A stretch of DNA of 64,000 nucleotides from Eledone cirrhosa (Eukaryota), in assembly GCA_964016885.1 (NCBI GenBank), contig OZ024740.1, positions 52,266,001-52,330,000 on the forward strand, read 5' to 3'. Below, piece after piece: positions 50,201 through 63,200 of this stretch (its first letter is position 1; every line of letters starts with the position of its first letter). The position numbers and the translations under genes were made by a program. The notes under the pieces were generated by a model. The model searched no databases and had not been told where the DNA came from. It saw nothing but the letters and a program-made list of their open reading frames with translations.

Positions 50201-51701
50201 AAGCGTGCGTTGACGGGTGCGATCGTCAACAACAGGTGGTGGTTTACCCTGAAAAGGGCTATTAGAGTAGAATCGATAAGGTTTAGCAAAGGAGTAGTGA
50301 TTGAGGAAAATAGAGTAGAGGGAGAGCTAGTTAGAAAGTTAGAAGAGGCGTTTGGGACAGGCATCGCAACCGGCGTGCTTGCGGTGAGATTGGAACTCGA
50401 CCAATTCTTCAACGCAAAGCATGAAGGCTGCGTTGTCAGAGCTAGAATGCGTGCTCTAAGACACGAGGGGACGAAAGCCGTTCAATGGGCCCGGGTGGTG
50501 GTGGCGCGACGTGGTAACAAGTCCACAATTCGGTCTCTGCCTGATCAAAACGGGCGCATGCTACTCGAACCTGAGCAGATGTGTGCGGCTTTTCAACAGC
50601 CCTTTGCTCAATTGTTCGGGAGCGGCGGCGGGCCGGATGGAGTATGGACTTCGCTGCATACCTCGACGACCGCAGCGCAGGGCTGCGAAAAGCCGATAAC
50701 AGCAGGTGAAGTACGGGGCGCGATATCTGAGTGCACGAGGGGTAAATCGCCAGGTTTGGATGGTCTGCCCTACAAGCTTTATGCGTATATGCCAGACTTG
50801 TTCAGCGACTTCTTGGCAGATGTCTACTGCAACTGGCAGCAGAACGGGAGCATTCCCAGTTTTGTGATCCGGGGAGCGGTGGCGCTGCTGAGAAAAACCC
50901 GAACAAGGGGGACGTTATAGACAACTTCAGGCCGATAACTCTGCTAAACGCAGAGTTTAAGATTTTGGCCAAGGTGTTAGCAAAGAGATTGGCGCTTGTC
51001 GTCGGTGATCTGGTGAGAGAGGCGCAAACATGCGCCATTCCGAACAGATCCATCCACGACAACCTCCATCTCATGCGATACATCGTAGAGAGGGTGGTTA
51101 AGGAACCTGGCACGGGTAGGGCCCTGATCAACTTGGATCAATCTAAAGCATTTAATAGGGTCGACCATCGCATCCTGGCTGCGGTCCTCGAGGCGGCCGG
51201 CTTCGAGCCCGTTTTTAAGGGCGGGATCGCTCCGATGCACAGCGACATCTGCCCGATTGTGAGGGTGAATGGTCACCTGTCGCAGCCTTTCGTCATCATG
51301 CGTTCGGTCCTCCAGGGTTGCCCCCTCTCGTCCCTCTTGTACGTACTGGCCCTAGAGCCTTTTCTACCCAAATTGGAGACGATGAGGGGGGTACAAACAT
51401 GTCCAGATGCTCGGCACCGCTCTCAAGGAATACGAAGCGGTGACAGGAGCAAAGATAAACCGGGAAAAGTCAGTGGGCTTGCAACTCGGCACCTGGAGAG
51501 GCAAGTCCATGCCGTCCGACAGCGTCGTGGGGCGCTGGACGAAAGGACCGGTTAAATTGCTCGGGATCTGGTTCAGTCCGGACCTCCAGATGGAGAAAAA
51601 CTGGAGTGAGGTGACGAGCAGGGTAGCCTCTCTCACCCAGAAATGGGCCGAGAGGAGGCTGTCTATGAAAGGTCGGGCGGAGGTGGCGAATGCGTACATA
51701 G
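47205..51701 (+). mobile_element. Tx1/L1-like retrotransposon copy C, 3'-truncated, chimeric
   Basis: 5' UTR like copy B; ORF1 knuckle CYLGGQKGHLRAIC; ORF2 from 49410 with APE (MGDWN, DHK) and RT; breaks at EVANAYIA. Confidence 0.9.
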
Positions 51702-52420
51702 CGAAATTTCATTTCTCACTCTTAGTACGGGAGGTATACGCTGCTGACGATAGCTAATAAGCTTGAAACTACTACATCGTTCTTGTGTCCGTGTTGAACA
51801 AAAGAGCGACGATAGTTGCCGAACACTGTACGGCGTAATTCGGGATGTTTGTTTACAAACAAACCGAACATTATAATAAATGTTCGGTAAACCCATACGT
51901 ACATATATATATGTGTGCATGTATGTATATACATACTACTGTACGTCTGTACACATATATGTATGTACGTATACATACCTATATTTAGGTATCAGCCGTA
52001 CTAAGAGTGAGAAATGAAATTTCGTTTCATTCTTTTTCATTTATCGTTTTCGGTATGCCCGGCCGACTAACTCACTCGATATGCAAATTAGGCTGCTCAG
52101 TCGTGAATATGCATATGGAAAGTATATACTTTCAGACGTTCAATCATCTGACAGAAAGGTATACGATGCTGACGATAGCTAATAAGCTTGAAACTAGTAC
52201 ATCGTTGCTTTATCAGTGTTGAACAAATGGGCAACGTTGGTTGCTAAACACTGTACGGCGTAATTCGGGCTGTTTGTTTACAAACAAACCGAACATTATA
52301 ATAAATGTTCGGTAAACCCATACGTACATATATATATGTGTGTACATGTATGTATATATATACATACTACTGTGCGTCTGTACACATATATGTATGCACG
52401 TATACATACTTATATATATA
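51702..52420 (+). mobile_element. Penelope-like tandem pseudo-LTRs with an inverted 5' segment
   Basis: 29 bp IR 51702-51730 / 51996-52024; direct repeats ~51732-51978 and 52157-52410, each starting with a hammerhead motif. Confidence 0.8.
52163..52205 (+). ncRNA. Minimal type I hammerhead ribozyme
   Basis: acgatg-CTGACGA-tagc-taataa-gctt-GAAA-CTAG-TA-catcgt: 6 bp stem I, intact core, palindromic ACTAGT stem III. Confidence 0.85.
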
Positions 52421-54485
52421 TAAAATTAAATTCAAAGGACGCAACACCAACAGCAAATTACAGAAAGATATAAAAAAACTACTGGACGACCTTAAAAACA
52501 CCAAAGGAATTGTAGTAAAAGCGGACAAAACATCAAACCTGTACACTATGGATTGCACTACATACAACAACTTCATTCGAAAAGAATTACATAAAAAATA
52601 TAGAAAAACGAGTGAAGTAACCCTTAAGCACATCAATGATGAGGCATGCGAAATAGTGAAAAATCTCGGAATCGAAGATAGGACAGGACCACTCTTACCG
52701 GCGGTACCCACCTTCAATCTTAAGGACCACAAGGTAAACTTTGATAATGACCCTAAAATTAGATTAATCTGCCCCTCTAAATCAGATATAGGTAAAATAA
52801 GCAAATATATCTTAGATAGAATCATCCCCCAAATTAAGGCTAAGGTTAACATTAAACTCTGGGGGAAGACCCAAGAAGCAATAAGATGGTTTAATAGCAT
52901 TAGCAATAAGAATAAATCTAAGTTTATCCAGTTTGATATCGATGAATATTACTCATCGATATCACCTGAAACTTTGAATAGAGCCATTAAGTTTGCTAAG
53001 GATAACTCTGACCTTACAAACGATGAAATTAAGATTATATTAGAAGCTAGGAAAACTATAGTCAAATTTGAGAACAGTTATTGGGTACGTAAAGATAGAC
53101 CCTCTAACTTTGACATAACAATGGGCTCTAACGATTCGGCGGAAATAACTGATATTGTGGGGTTATTTATCGCCTTTAGACTCCAGGAAAAATTCAGCAA
53201 TCTCCACGGCGGAATATACCGCGACGATGTTCTCCTCCTAGCTAAAAACCTTAATAACCAAAAACTAGAAAAACTACGCAAAGATATAAGAAAACTACTA
53301 CTCGAAATAGGACTAACTATAACATATGAATACAACCTTAAAGTAGTTAACTTCCTGGATGTCACACTCAATTTAAACTCTGGTCTGATTAAACCGTTTC
53401 ATAAATTGAATGAAAATCTCAAATACGTAAATGTTGGGTCTAACCACCCCATCTCTATAATTAAATCTATCCCTAAAAATATTTCCCTTAGAATCTCGAG
53501 TCTATCTTCTAACATACAAGTATTTAAGGAACACGCCGAGTACTACGATAACGCCCTTAGTAAAGCAGGCTACCTCAACAAAATAGAGTACATAGATGGG
53601 AACAATCAAAACACCAAAAATAAATCCCACATAGGTAGATATAATAACACAACACCAAACCACACTTACTACCATAGTATGCACACCAGTAAACCAACAA
53701 ACAAAACTAATAGAAAGCGATGCAAAGAGTACTTATGGTATAACCCCGAATACAATAGCTCCATTAGTACAAATTTACCAGTACTCTTCTTTAAAATAAT
53801 TAAAAGACATTTTCCCACATCACACAAATACCACAAAATCCTAAACCCTACCACTATAAGACTGTCATACTCTACAGCGTTAAACCTTGAACAACACATA
53901 AAAAAGATCAATACTAGAAGGTTAAACGAAAACACTAAGAACTTAAGTACAAAGAACACAAAAAAAACAGTAGACAATACACTACAGAACATAAATAAAC
54001 CACACCTAAGTTCGTCCGCAATACTACTCCAGAGAAAACCCAACGTACACAACTGTAACTGCACCTATCCTGACAACTGCCCCCTCGGCAATAACTGCCT
54101 GGAAAAAAATATTATTTATAAGTGTACCATTAAATCCGGAGGCAACGAGTGGTATTACGTGGGATCAACGGCAACATCGTTTAAATCTCGATTGTATAGG
54201 CATTCTTACTCAATAAAACACCAGAGCCAAAGAAATGTAACAACTTTAGCAGAAAAAGCTTGGACGCTCAGGGATAGCGACCAAAAGTTTACCCTAAAAT
54301 GGGAAAAATTAGCTAAAACCCAAAGCTTTTCCAGGAGCCAAAATTTCTGCAAATTGTGTAATCTTGAGATTTATTACATAATCACACACAAGAAGAAACT
54401 GCTGAATAACAGAATTGAACGAACATTATTCTGCCGTCACAGAACTAAAACCCTTTTTTCCCACTACAAGCCGAATATTACATAA
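52420..54485 (+). CDS. Penelope-like element RT + GIY-YIG endonuclease, 5'-truncated open frame
   Basis: VKADKT, FIQFDIDEYYSSI, TMGS, GIYRDD, VNFLDV, CNC-CPL-C, IIYKC...YYVGST...FKSR, CKLC..E. The called ORF start in 52305-52419 is repeat read-through. Confidence 0.92.
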
Positions 54486-54806
54486 AAGAGGGACATCCCC
54501 CAACTATATAAACCTTAATCTAGTTAGAAAAATATAAAAACAATCTCTTCTCAACATATATTAATAACCTTAAATTACCATACTAATAATGAAAAGATAT
54601 GCTGATGAGAATAGGTACAAATATGCGATAATGAATGTGTCTAAAAACGTCCATAAGTATGTATATATATGTGAAAATGTATATAAATAAGTAAATATAT
54701 ATATATGTTTGATGTGTATAGTTAGATGTAAGTGTATTCATGTATTAAAGTGCTTATATATATATATGTATGTATATATGTGTATATGTATGTGTATGTA
54801 TATATG

Positions 54807-54877
<71 letters not shown>

Positions 54878-55600
54878 ATGTATGTATATATGTGTATATG
54901 GATGTGTAAGTATGTGTATGTGTGTACACATGGACTAGAGTATGTATGTATATATGAGTGTGTCTATACGTGTGTATATAAAGATAAGTTGAGTATGAAA
55001 ATGTATACACATGAGCGCGTATGTATGTATATGAATACATGTGTGTATATATATGTGTATGCATGTGTATATATATGTAAGTATGAATATGTGAATTGTG
55101 AGTATATGTATTTTGTAGAGGTGTGCAAATATATTTGTGTGTGAATGCGTGGGTGAAAGGATACGTACACTTGAAAGAAAAATTTAAGTCTGAATGTTAA
55201 TTAAGTGCAAACACAAAACCAACCACGCATATCTTTACTATCTCTAATCCTTCTATAGATTTAGAAAAATAACCAATAATATATTCTATAAAAAATGTCA
55301 AAACAACAGATGGGAATCTAATTACTCACTGCCACCAAGAATTCTCACTGCTATCGAAAAACCACTCCTTCAACTATTCTTCTAACAACTTCACCCCTCC
55401 CTCCTAATATTCTCTATAAAAACTAAATAGGTCCTCAGTAATATTATTCTGATGAAATGACAGTAAATAATAACATTGAAATATTGAATGTCTGCATAAC
55501 TAAAAGTTTGTAGATAGCTGTTTTAGGTTATGTAACTGTTATAGAAACACGTGTCAATAAATTCCTTTCAACTAAACTGTATCCATTCAAATCTTTCTAT
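54486..55600 (+). mobile_element. Probable 3' region/pLTR of the Penelope-like element, with decayed hammerhead motifs
   Basis: tatg-CTGATGA...aaacgtc-cata at 54598-54654; CTGATGA-aatg...catt-GAAA-tattgaatg-TC at 55449-55492 followed by AATAAA. Confidence 0.45.
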
Positions 55601-55791
55601 ATATATATATATATATGTATGTATATATATGCATACATACGTACATACAGACATACTACACAGACACATACATACCTACATACATACATACATACATACA
55701 TACATAATACATACATACATACATACATACATACATACATACATACATACATACATACATACATACATACATACATACATACATACATACA

Positions 55792-57894
55792 GTGCGACAA
55801 CTTAGGAGGAATATGACTACAGTCTGGCTGGACTACAAGAAAGCTTTCGATTCTGTTCCCCACTCTTGGATGATAGAGGCCCTCCAACTTGCTAAAGTCC
55901 CAGACATTATTGTCAGAGCCATAGAGAGGCTGTCTTCTTCTTGGGCTACTATCCTAAGGTTAAAGACAGAGAGGAAGGACTCTATTTTCACTGATAAAAT
56001 AAAATATTGCAGGGGTATATTTCAGGGGGACAGTCTCTCTGTGATATTGTTCATCTTGTCATTAAACCCCTTGTCCTTTCTGCTCAAGAAATGTGAGGGA
56101 TACATCATTAGCTCACAGGAGGACAGAAATACGAACCTAACCCATAACATCTTTGTGGACGATCTGAAACTCTATGCCAAGAACATGGATGGGATGAAGA
56201 AAAATCTTGACCTGGTTACAACATTCTCAAAGGATATAGGAATGGAGTTTGGCCAAGATAAATGCTCATACATGACTGTAAAGCGGGGAAAAACAACAAC
56301 CCAATCTAGCAACATTGTCATCAATGGTCTAACTGTTTCACCGATATCTGATGAGGACTGCTACAGATACCTGGGGATAGATGAGAACATATCCTATAAT
56401 GGTATCTGTAATAAAGAACGCGTAACCAGGGAATACTACACCCGATTAAAAAAGATCTGGTCATCGGAACTCTCTGCGCAAAACAAAACAGTGGTTCACA
56501 ATGTGTTTGCTGTGCCTGTACTAACACCAACGTTTGGAATACTCAATTGGACGATAGACGAAATCCGAGCAGTTGATGTTGGAACTCGAAAAATACTGAA
56601 CAACACCGGAAACTTCCACATCAACAGTGACATAAACCGCCTTTACTTGAAACGTAGGCAGGGAGGCAGAGGCCTAACATCAGTCCAGACAACATTTGAA
56701 TGTCGCATCATATCTCTCCGACAAGATCTACGAACCTCGAAGCGTAGGAGCCTGCTTCTCGAGCAAGTCTATCTGCATGAAACAGATAAGATCATGAGAG
56801 TTGGGAAGGAACTCCTTGAGAGATATTCCCTGTGTGATAATCAAAAACTCACACCCAGGGATGTCGCTCAGCCGTATCGCAGTGAATCCATGGATGAAAA
56901 ACTGCATGCCTATCAGTATAGATAAGGAAAGTAGTCTATCTTGGACCAACAACCGCTATATTGGCTCCCACTTTGAAGGATACGCTTTTGCAATCCAAGA
57001 ACAGGAGATTAGCACGAAATACCTGATTCACAAAAGAGATAAGGATGCAGGCAAAACACCTAGATGTGATAACAAGTGCAGACTCTGCAGAACTAACATC
57101 GAGGATATCACCCATGTCATCAGCAGCTGCCCAAAGATGTCATCGCGGTACTATCTACCTATTAGGCATGATGTAGTGGCCAAAACACTGTACAATGCAG
57201 TTCGTAAAAAAGATAGCCCCGATGATAAACACATTAAAAGCTACAACAATGTGGAAGACATCCATGTACATAATATGAAAGAGTACTGGTGGAATGTTCC
57301 AGTAAAAACCCCAATAAAATGCAGGCATAACAGACCAGATATTATGATATGGGACAGGGAGAAGAAAACATGCACAGTAGTGGAAATTATCTGCCCAGCA
57401 GATGCCAATATTAGATTAGTGAAAAGGAGAATATTTATGCAGAACTGATGAGAAATCTGCAGATACTCCACCCTGATTACACCTTCAGATTTATGCCTGT
57501 GATTATTGGGGCACTGGGATATGTTAGTAACTGCCTCAATACAAATCTTGAGAAGCTAGGCTTCACAGGAACAGAAAGAACACAACTAGTTAAGAAATTA
57601 CAAGTACAATCCATTAATGGAACAGTAAAAATATGTAAAACATTCCAAAAATTTTACATCTAATAACTGCATATACACATGTACAGATACAAAGCATATA
57701 CACATGCACACATACAATTCAAAACATACACATCCACACATACAATAACATCCATATCTACACATGCATGCATGCAGACATACATATCTACCTAGTTTAT
57801 GTTGTGTAAATTCCAATGAGAAAGTCTTGTGTCTATGTTAGAAACCGACTCTCTCTCTATTGGTAAAACTTTGTGAAATTATAAAACCATAAGA
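55792..57894 (+). mobile_element. 5'-truncated R4/Dong-like element of the (TACA)n lineage
   Basis: WLDYKKAFDSV, FVDDLKLY, KKIWSSELSA, MSSRYYLPIRHD as in 13261-16771; (CATA)n at 55670-55791 and 57895-58030. Confidence 0.9.
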
Positions 57895-58001
57895 ACATAC
57901 ATACCTACCTACATACATACATACATACATACATACATACATACATACATACATACATACATACATACATGCATACATACATACATACATACATACATAC
58001 A

Positions 58002-58032
<31 letters not shown>

Positions 58033-58268
58033 CAGGGGCGGTGGAAGTATTACTGAATTGGGGCGGGGAAGCAAATTTGAACAATTTAGTTGTAGGTATT
58101 AGTTTAGCTCTTTGCACTCTAAAATGGTCAGAAAACTTCGATATGCAATAAACATAGCATGTACATAAATTGTAGCGCATATCCAAATAGATGTGTGTTT
58201 TGGTAGTTTGGGGAGAAAATGTAATTATTGGAGAGGCATGTTCCTCCACCCTAGTTCTACGGCCACTG
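58033..58268. mobile_element. hAT-like MITE
   Basis: Imperfect TIRs CAGGGGCGGTGGAA / TTCTACGGCCACTG; TSD not clean. Confidence 0.55.
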
Positions 58269-58445
58269 AATATATATAATTGAAAATATCATGCTCTGTG
58301 CCCTTTCCTAAGGGGTTAATATATCGATTCTCTTTGTATTTGGTAAGAAACTGGTATTATACCCAATTTATTCATCTCATATATGTGTGTGTGTGTGTGT
58401 ATTTGTTGAATTAAAAACAATTAGTTGATTTAGAATCATCCAACT

Positions 58446-58557
58446 TTTATTCCACCACCACCCCTTACCCGCCTATTAAATTTTGCTAATCTATCTCCGG
58501 TGAAATTTTATTGTAAATGATTCATATTGATACAGCAGCTGGAGAATCTAATAATTT
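58446..58557. repeat. ~110 bp direct duplication (second copy 59769-59878)
   Basis: ttttattccacc...tattaaattttgctaatctatctccggtgaaat...agaatctaataatt occurs twice. Confidence 0.8.
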
Positions 58558-58862
58558 GATTTTACATCAAAATAGGCTACAATACATACATCTTTTCTTT
58601 TGAACTAATTTGATTAATCAGGTAACAAGATACCCTAGCCAGTTAAAAAAAACATAGCAACGCCAACTATTAAATATGTTTCCACTCATATAAAATCTAC
58701 TTTAAAACAACTGTAAATACAAACTAAGACAAATTGACTAGCAAATTAGTATTTTGATATTTTCTTTAGTATATAGTTACATTATAACTTTAGCATCTTT
58801 GAATAAATATCTAAAATTTCTAAAATGTTTCGCTTTAGTATCCAATTTAATTTAACATAAGT

Positions 58863-59158
58863 ATGTGCCAGCGGACACATGCGGTATACCGGATTGAATG
58901 CAACAAATGTAAGGAGTTCTACATTGGTAGCACGACTCAAGCACCCCACACTCGCTTTAAAGAATACACCAAGACACGCGCATTCTCATTAAAAAAACAC
59001 ATCGACAAATGTAGAAACACCAACCAATATTTTACTGTTACTATTCAAGCCAGTGATAGAAATGTGGGCAACTGAAGAATTAAGGAAGCCTTGCTCATAC
59101 GTAGACTCAACCTGCAAATAAATAATAGATTAGAACTCAGCACACAGTACTTGACATA
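58863..59158 (+). mobile_element. Penelope-like GIY-YIG endonuclease fragment
   Basis: AVYRIECNKCKEFYIGST...RFKE...*RIKEALLIRRLNLQINN. Confidence 0.75.
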
Positions 59159-59535
59159 AAAAGACATCCAGAGGTACACAATCTAAACATCTCATAGAAA
59201 AAAGAAAATTGATTCCGTGAAATACTATGTTGGCTATAGACGTCATTCACATGGAAAACGAAATGAGCACAAAAAAAATGCTTGAAAACGACTTAGAAAA
59301 AATGTTTATCACAATCAAAATTGTATCTCAAAGAGAGAAAATTGGAACATTATCCACTGAAAGTTCCTTAAACTATAATGAAAGGACTGTTGGGTCCTGA
59401 AATATTGGACAGATAAAAGAACAAAAAAAAAACGAAAATTACCAGGGAACTTACTTTTACTTTTCGTTACCTCATCTTACTGTCCATTTTGTATTGTTTA
59501 GCCTTCTATCTCTTTCAACGTTATATATATATATA

Positions 59536-59613
59536 TTACTCTTAAGTTTCACCTGCGCCCTCACAACATCACCAGTGTTGTCTGGTGAGTACGCAGGTGA
59601 GACTCCAAAGTAA
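59536..59613. repeat. Short imperfect hairpin
   Basis: agtttcacctgcgccctcac / gtgagtacgcaggtgagact. Confidence 0.6.
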
Positions 59614-60297
59614 CAAGGCTTAGCCATAATAAATGAATATTTAAATTCTACTTCTGTATTGAGTTTTCATTCTTCCGACCGTCAATAATTCATGTACTCT
59701 CAGGTCTTGAATATTCGTCTTGAACCCCTGCTTATTAATTTGTCAGATTTGTTCCGCCCCCACCCGGTTTTTATTCCACCCCACCCCTACCGGCTTATTA
59801 AATTTTGCTAATCTATCTCCGGTGAAATATTATTGTAAGTGATTCATATTGATACAGAAGCTGTAGAATCTAATAATTATTTTACTTTACATTAAAAAAA
59901 ACATTATATATGACAAAAGAAGAACATTACAAGAAATTCCATATTTACGAACGTACACTATACAATTACTGATCACCACCCCGTCCCATTATTGCCCCCC
60001 CCCCCGATTATTTGAGACCCGAGATTGCCACCAAACTCTCCTCCTCTCTATGTATATCACACTAAACTCTCTTTTAACCCCACTCTCTGTATCTATTAAA
60101 ACAAAATTCTATCCCTCTCTATATCTACCATGACATCGCCTCTCTTACCCCACTCTCCCAATCTATAAATATATCTACACTTATCTCTCTATATCAATTA
60201 TTACCCCTAAACTCTCACTACAACACGGCACTCTCCCATTATCCCTTTTTTGTATTTCGACAACCACCAAACTCTCTATATCTACTACACCGTAATT

Positions 60298-63200
60298 CGG
60301 AGTCAGACGTGTTTTTCTTCTACTGCGAATTTGGATTATTTTACTTATCTTTTTGCTGTTACCTTTTTACTTGTTATTCTGTAAGTTGAACTCTGTTTCT
60401 TATTGAATATTGTAGCCACTCGTCTACACTGGTAAGCGAGTGGCAATATTTTGTATATTCTTGCTCCTTTTGGGGGTTTAAGAAAAAGAATTATGTCGGA
60501 AAAAATGTCAACAACACCATTAAGTCCAGGACAATATGCCAACGGAAAGAGATAAAACTAATAACAATTGCCTGGAAAAAATAATAAAGACAACAACAAA
60601 AACAACAGATGCCATAACCAGAAAAAAATGGAAACTGCCACGCCCACAACAGAAAAGGAAAAAGAATCACAAGAAACTAAACCTACTCCTTCCCTTTCAA
60701 ATGCAAACACCAACTTGAACACAACGCCAAACAGTGAAGATGTAAATAATAATAATACAAATAACGACAGCACTAACAAACAAAACACAACAAACGACAA
60801 CAGCAAAACAGAAGAAAGCAACCAACAAAAGAAAATTTCCTTCCCCCAGACGGCAAGGAAATCAATAGAATACGTACCGCAGGACATTAGTAATGCAAAG
60901 AAGTTGCTGGCAGAAGCTAAGCAGTACATAGTTCAGGGGGGAAACGTGGGCTTTTACAATATACCCCCTCCCCCCTGGAATGGCTCAAACAAAAAGAACT
61001 GAATACAGTGGCATTCAGAACGATATCTAATAACACCAAGAAACCAACACAAGCAACACAAAAAGACATTGAGTTGGTCCTAAGAAAATGAGAAATGTGG
61101 TCTTTATCGAAAAAGACAAATTGTACGGAAGTTTGTCCGTACTAATGAAAACAAAGGAAGCGGCCGAGGAACTGTCAGTGATGCCATTGGTGTCAGCAGC
61201 GTATACCTTCTACCCAACATACATGGGTAGAAGGACGTAAAAAAATAAAAATCCATAGCTTGATGCCCATCATGGACTACTGGTGGGTCCTAACCGGCTT
61301 ACTAGATCTAAACGACGACATTCTAATTGCCATAGGAAAGGCTTCGGGTGACGCGTACAATGGAACGGGCATCGAACTCATAGTACAAATGAGGCCCGAA
61401 AGGATTGCTCAAATCCCTGAACGCGTCACCCTAGGGGATAAAACCCCCATAAACATTATTGTTGAGGGGAGGCGACCCTCCTGTTTTCTCTGTGGCGTCA
61501 GAGGGCATGTGAGGGCTGTCTGTCCCCAGCTCCAAAAAAGAACAACGCCATTATTACCCACACCAACAACAATTACACAAAATACACCACCACCTCCACC
61601 ACAAAAACAACAAACCACACCACGAACAATACCACAACGTCAACAAAAACAAACCACCAAGATACGGAACACTGTACCACCCACACAGAAAAAAAACACG
61701 CACCAAACACAAACACCACCAGCACCACAAACTACACCACCACCACAAGGACAACAAAAACAAGAAAACACAAAACAAAACTCAGTCCCACCCACAAACT
61801 CAAATACACGCACCGACACAACACCGCCGCAAAATATCCCCCTACCTGCCAATTCGGAGGAGGACCTCCAAACGTCCCAGGACGAAGGAGGTTCTTTCCA
61901 ATTGATAAAAAGAAAAAAAACGCAAACATATTAGACATACAGAAACGCCCCCTCCCCAAAACATAACAACCACAACTAATCAAGAACCAAACACATCCAC
62001 ACAAATATACTATACATACATCAACAAAGAAAACAAACAATTACGCAACATAATACATAATAACCCTGCGGTACAAACCGTAGGGTCTGACTTTAAAATC
62101 GCAGAGAGACACCCTAAACTAAAAATGGTAAAAGTCCCTCTGGACATTTATAGAACACTCAGAAAAACTTACCCGGAGGACGTAGGACCACCCTGTGTGA
62201 AACCGGTCAATCGCGTCCTCCTAAATGATTTCCCCATTCCAAACACCCGCTCAACTCCAAACACCCCAACCCCACCACACACTAATACCCCCACACAACC
62301 ACAAAACACCACCCCACCCAACAACACCACCCCCATGGAAGTTGTGCAGCCCGGTCCATGCGACACAGTGAGGTAGGCGACCCCTTTTCTTTACTCTAGC
62401 TCAAACATGACTCGATTGAGAGTTGGCTGTCTGAATGTGCATGGCCTGGGCTCGGCTTGGAAGCAAGCTAAGCTTCAAAACGACCTCAGGTCGCGCGGTG
62501 TAAATATGATGGCGATTTGCGATTCCCGGATCAGCAGCGTACGACAGCTGGCCCCCGCCTTCGATGACTTTGAGATGCAAGCATCTATCTGTCAGCCCAG
62601 AGGTGGGGGTGGGGTTGTCGTACTGCTGCAGAAACATCTGGGTCTCGCCGCACAGATTGTTCACTCGGATCGGGAGGGCGATTGTTGGTGCTGGACGTTG
62701 ACAGTGGTGAAGGCGAGGCCTTTAGGCTGGTGGCCGTTTACGTCCCCTTCGGGGCAGAGCGTCCCGACTTCTTCCGGCGCCTAGAGACTTTTCTAGGGAC
62801 GTCCCGTTCCCTGCTTTTAGTGGGGGACTGGAATGGTATCCTAGATGCACGTTGGAACTATGCAGGGGCATGTCCCGATAGAGGGGGGTGTCAAAGCCTC
62901 AAGGAGTTACTCGGCCGATTTGACAAGGCCGATAGATTTCGACTAGATTGTCCGAATGCCCTAACCTGGACTTGGACCAACCGCACCGGACATCTAGATC
63001 GTACCTAGATAGGATGCTAGTTAGAGTTAAGGATAGGGACCTAATAAGTTGTCCAGATATGCTCATGGTTGACTATTCAGATCACAAACTAGTGACCTGT
63101 ATGGTCAACCTTGATAGAACCCATAGACAGGGACCCGGTTACTTGAAGCTCAACTTGTCCCTACCGGCAAGGGGAGCTTACAGGAACCGGATTAGTACTT

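Noticed and set aside
52305-52419. N-terminus of the 726 aa ORF
   Set aside because: Read-through of pLTR/microsatellite sequence; PLE homology begins near 52420.
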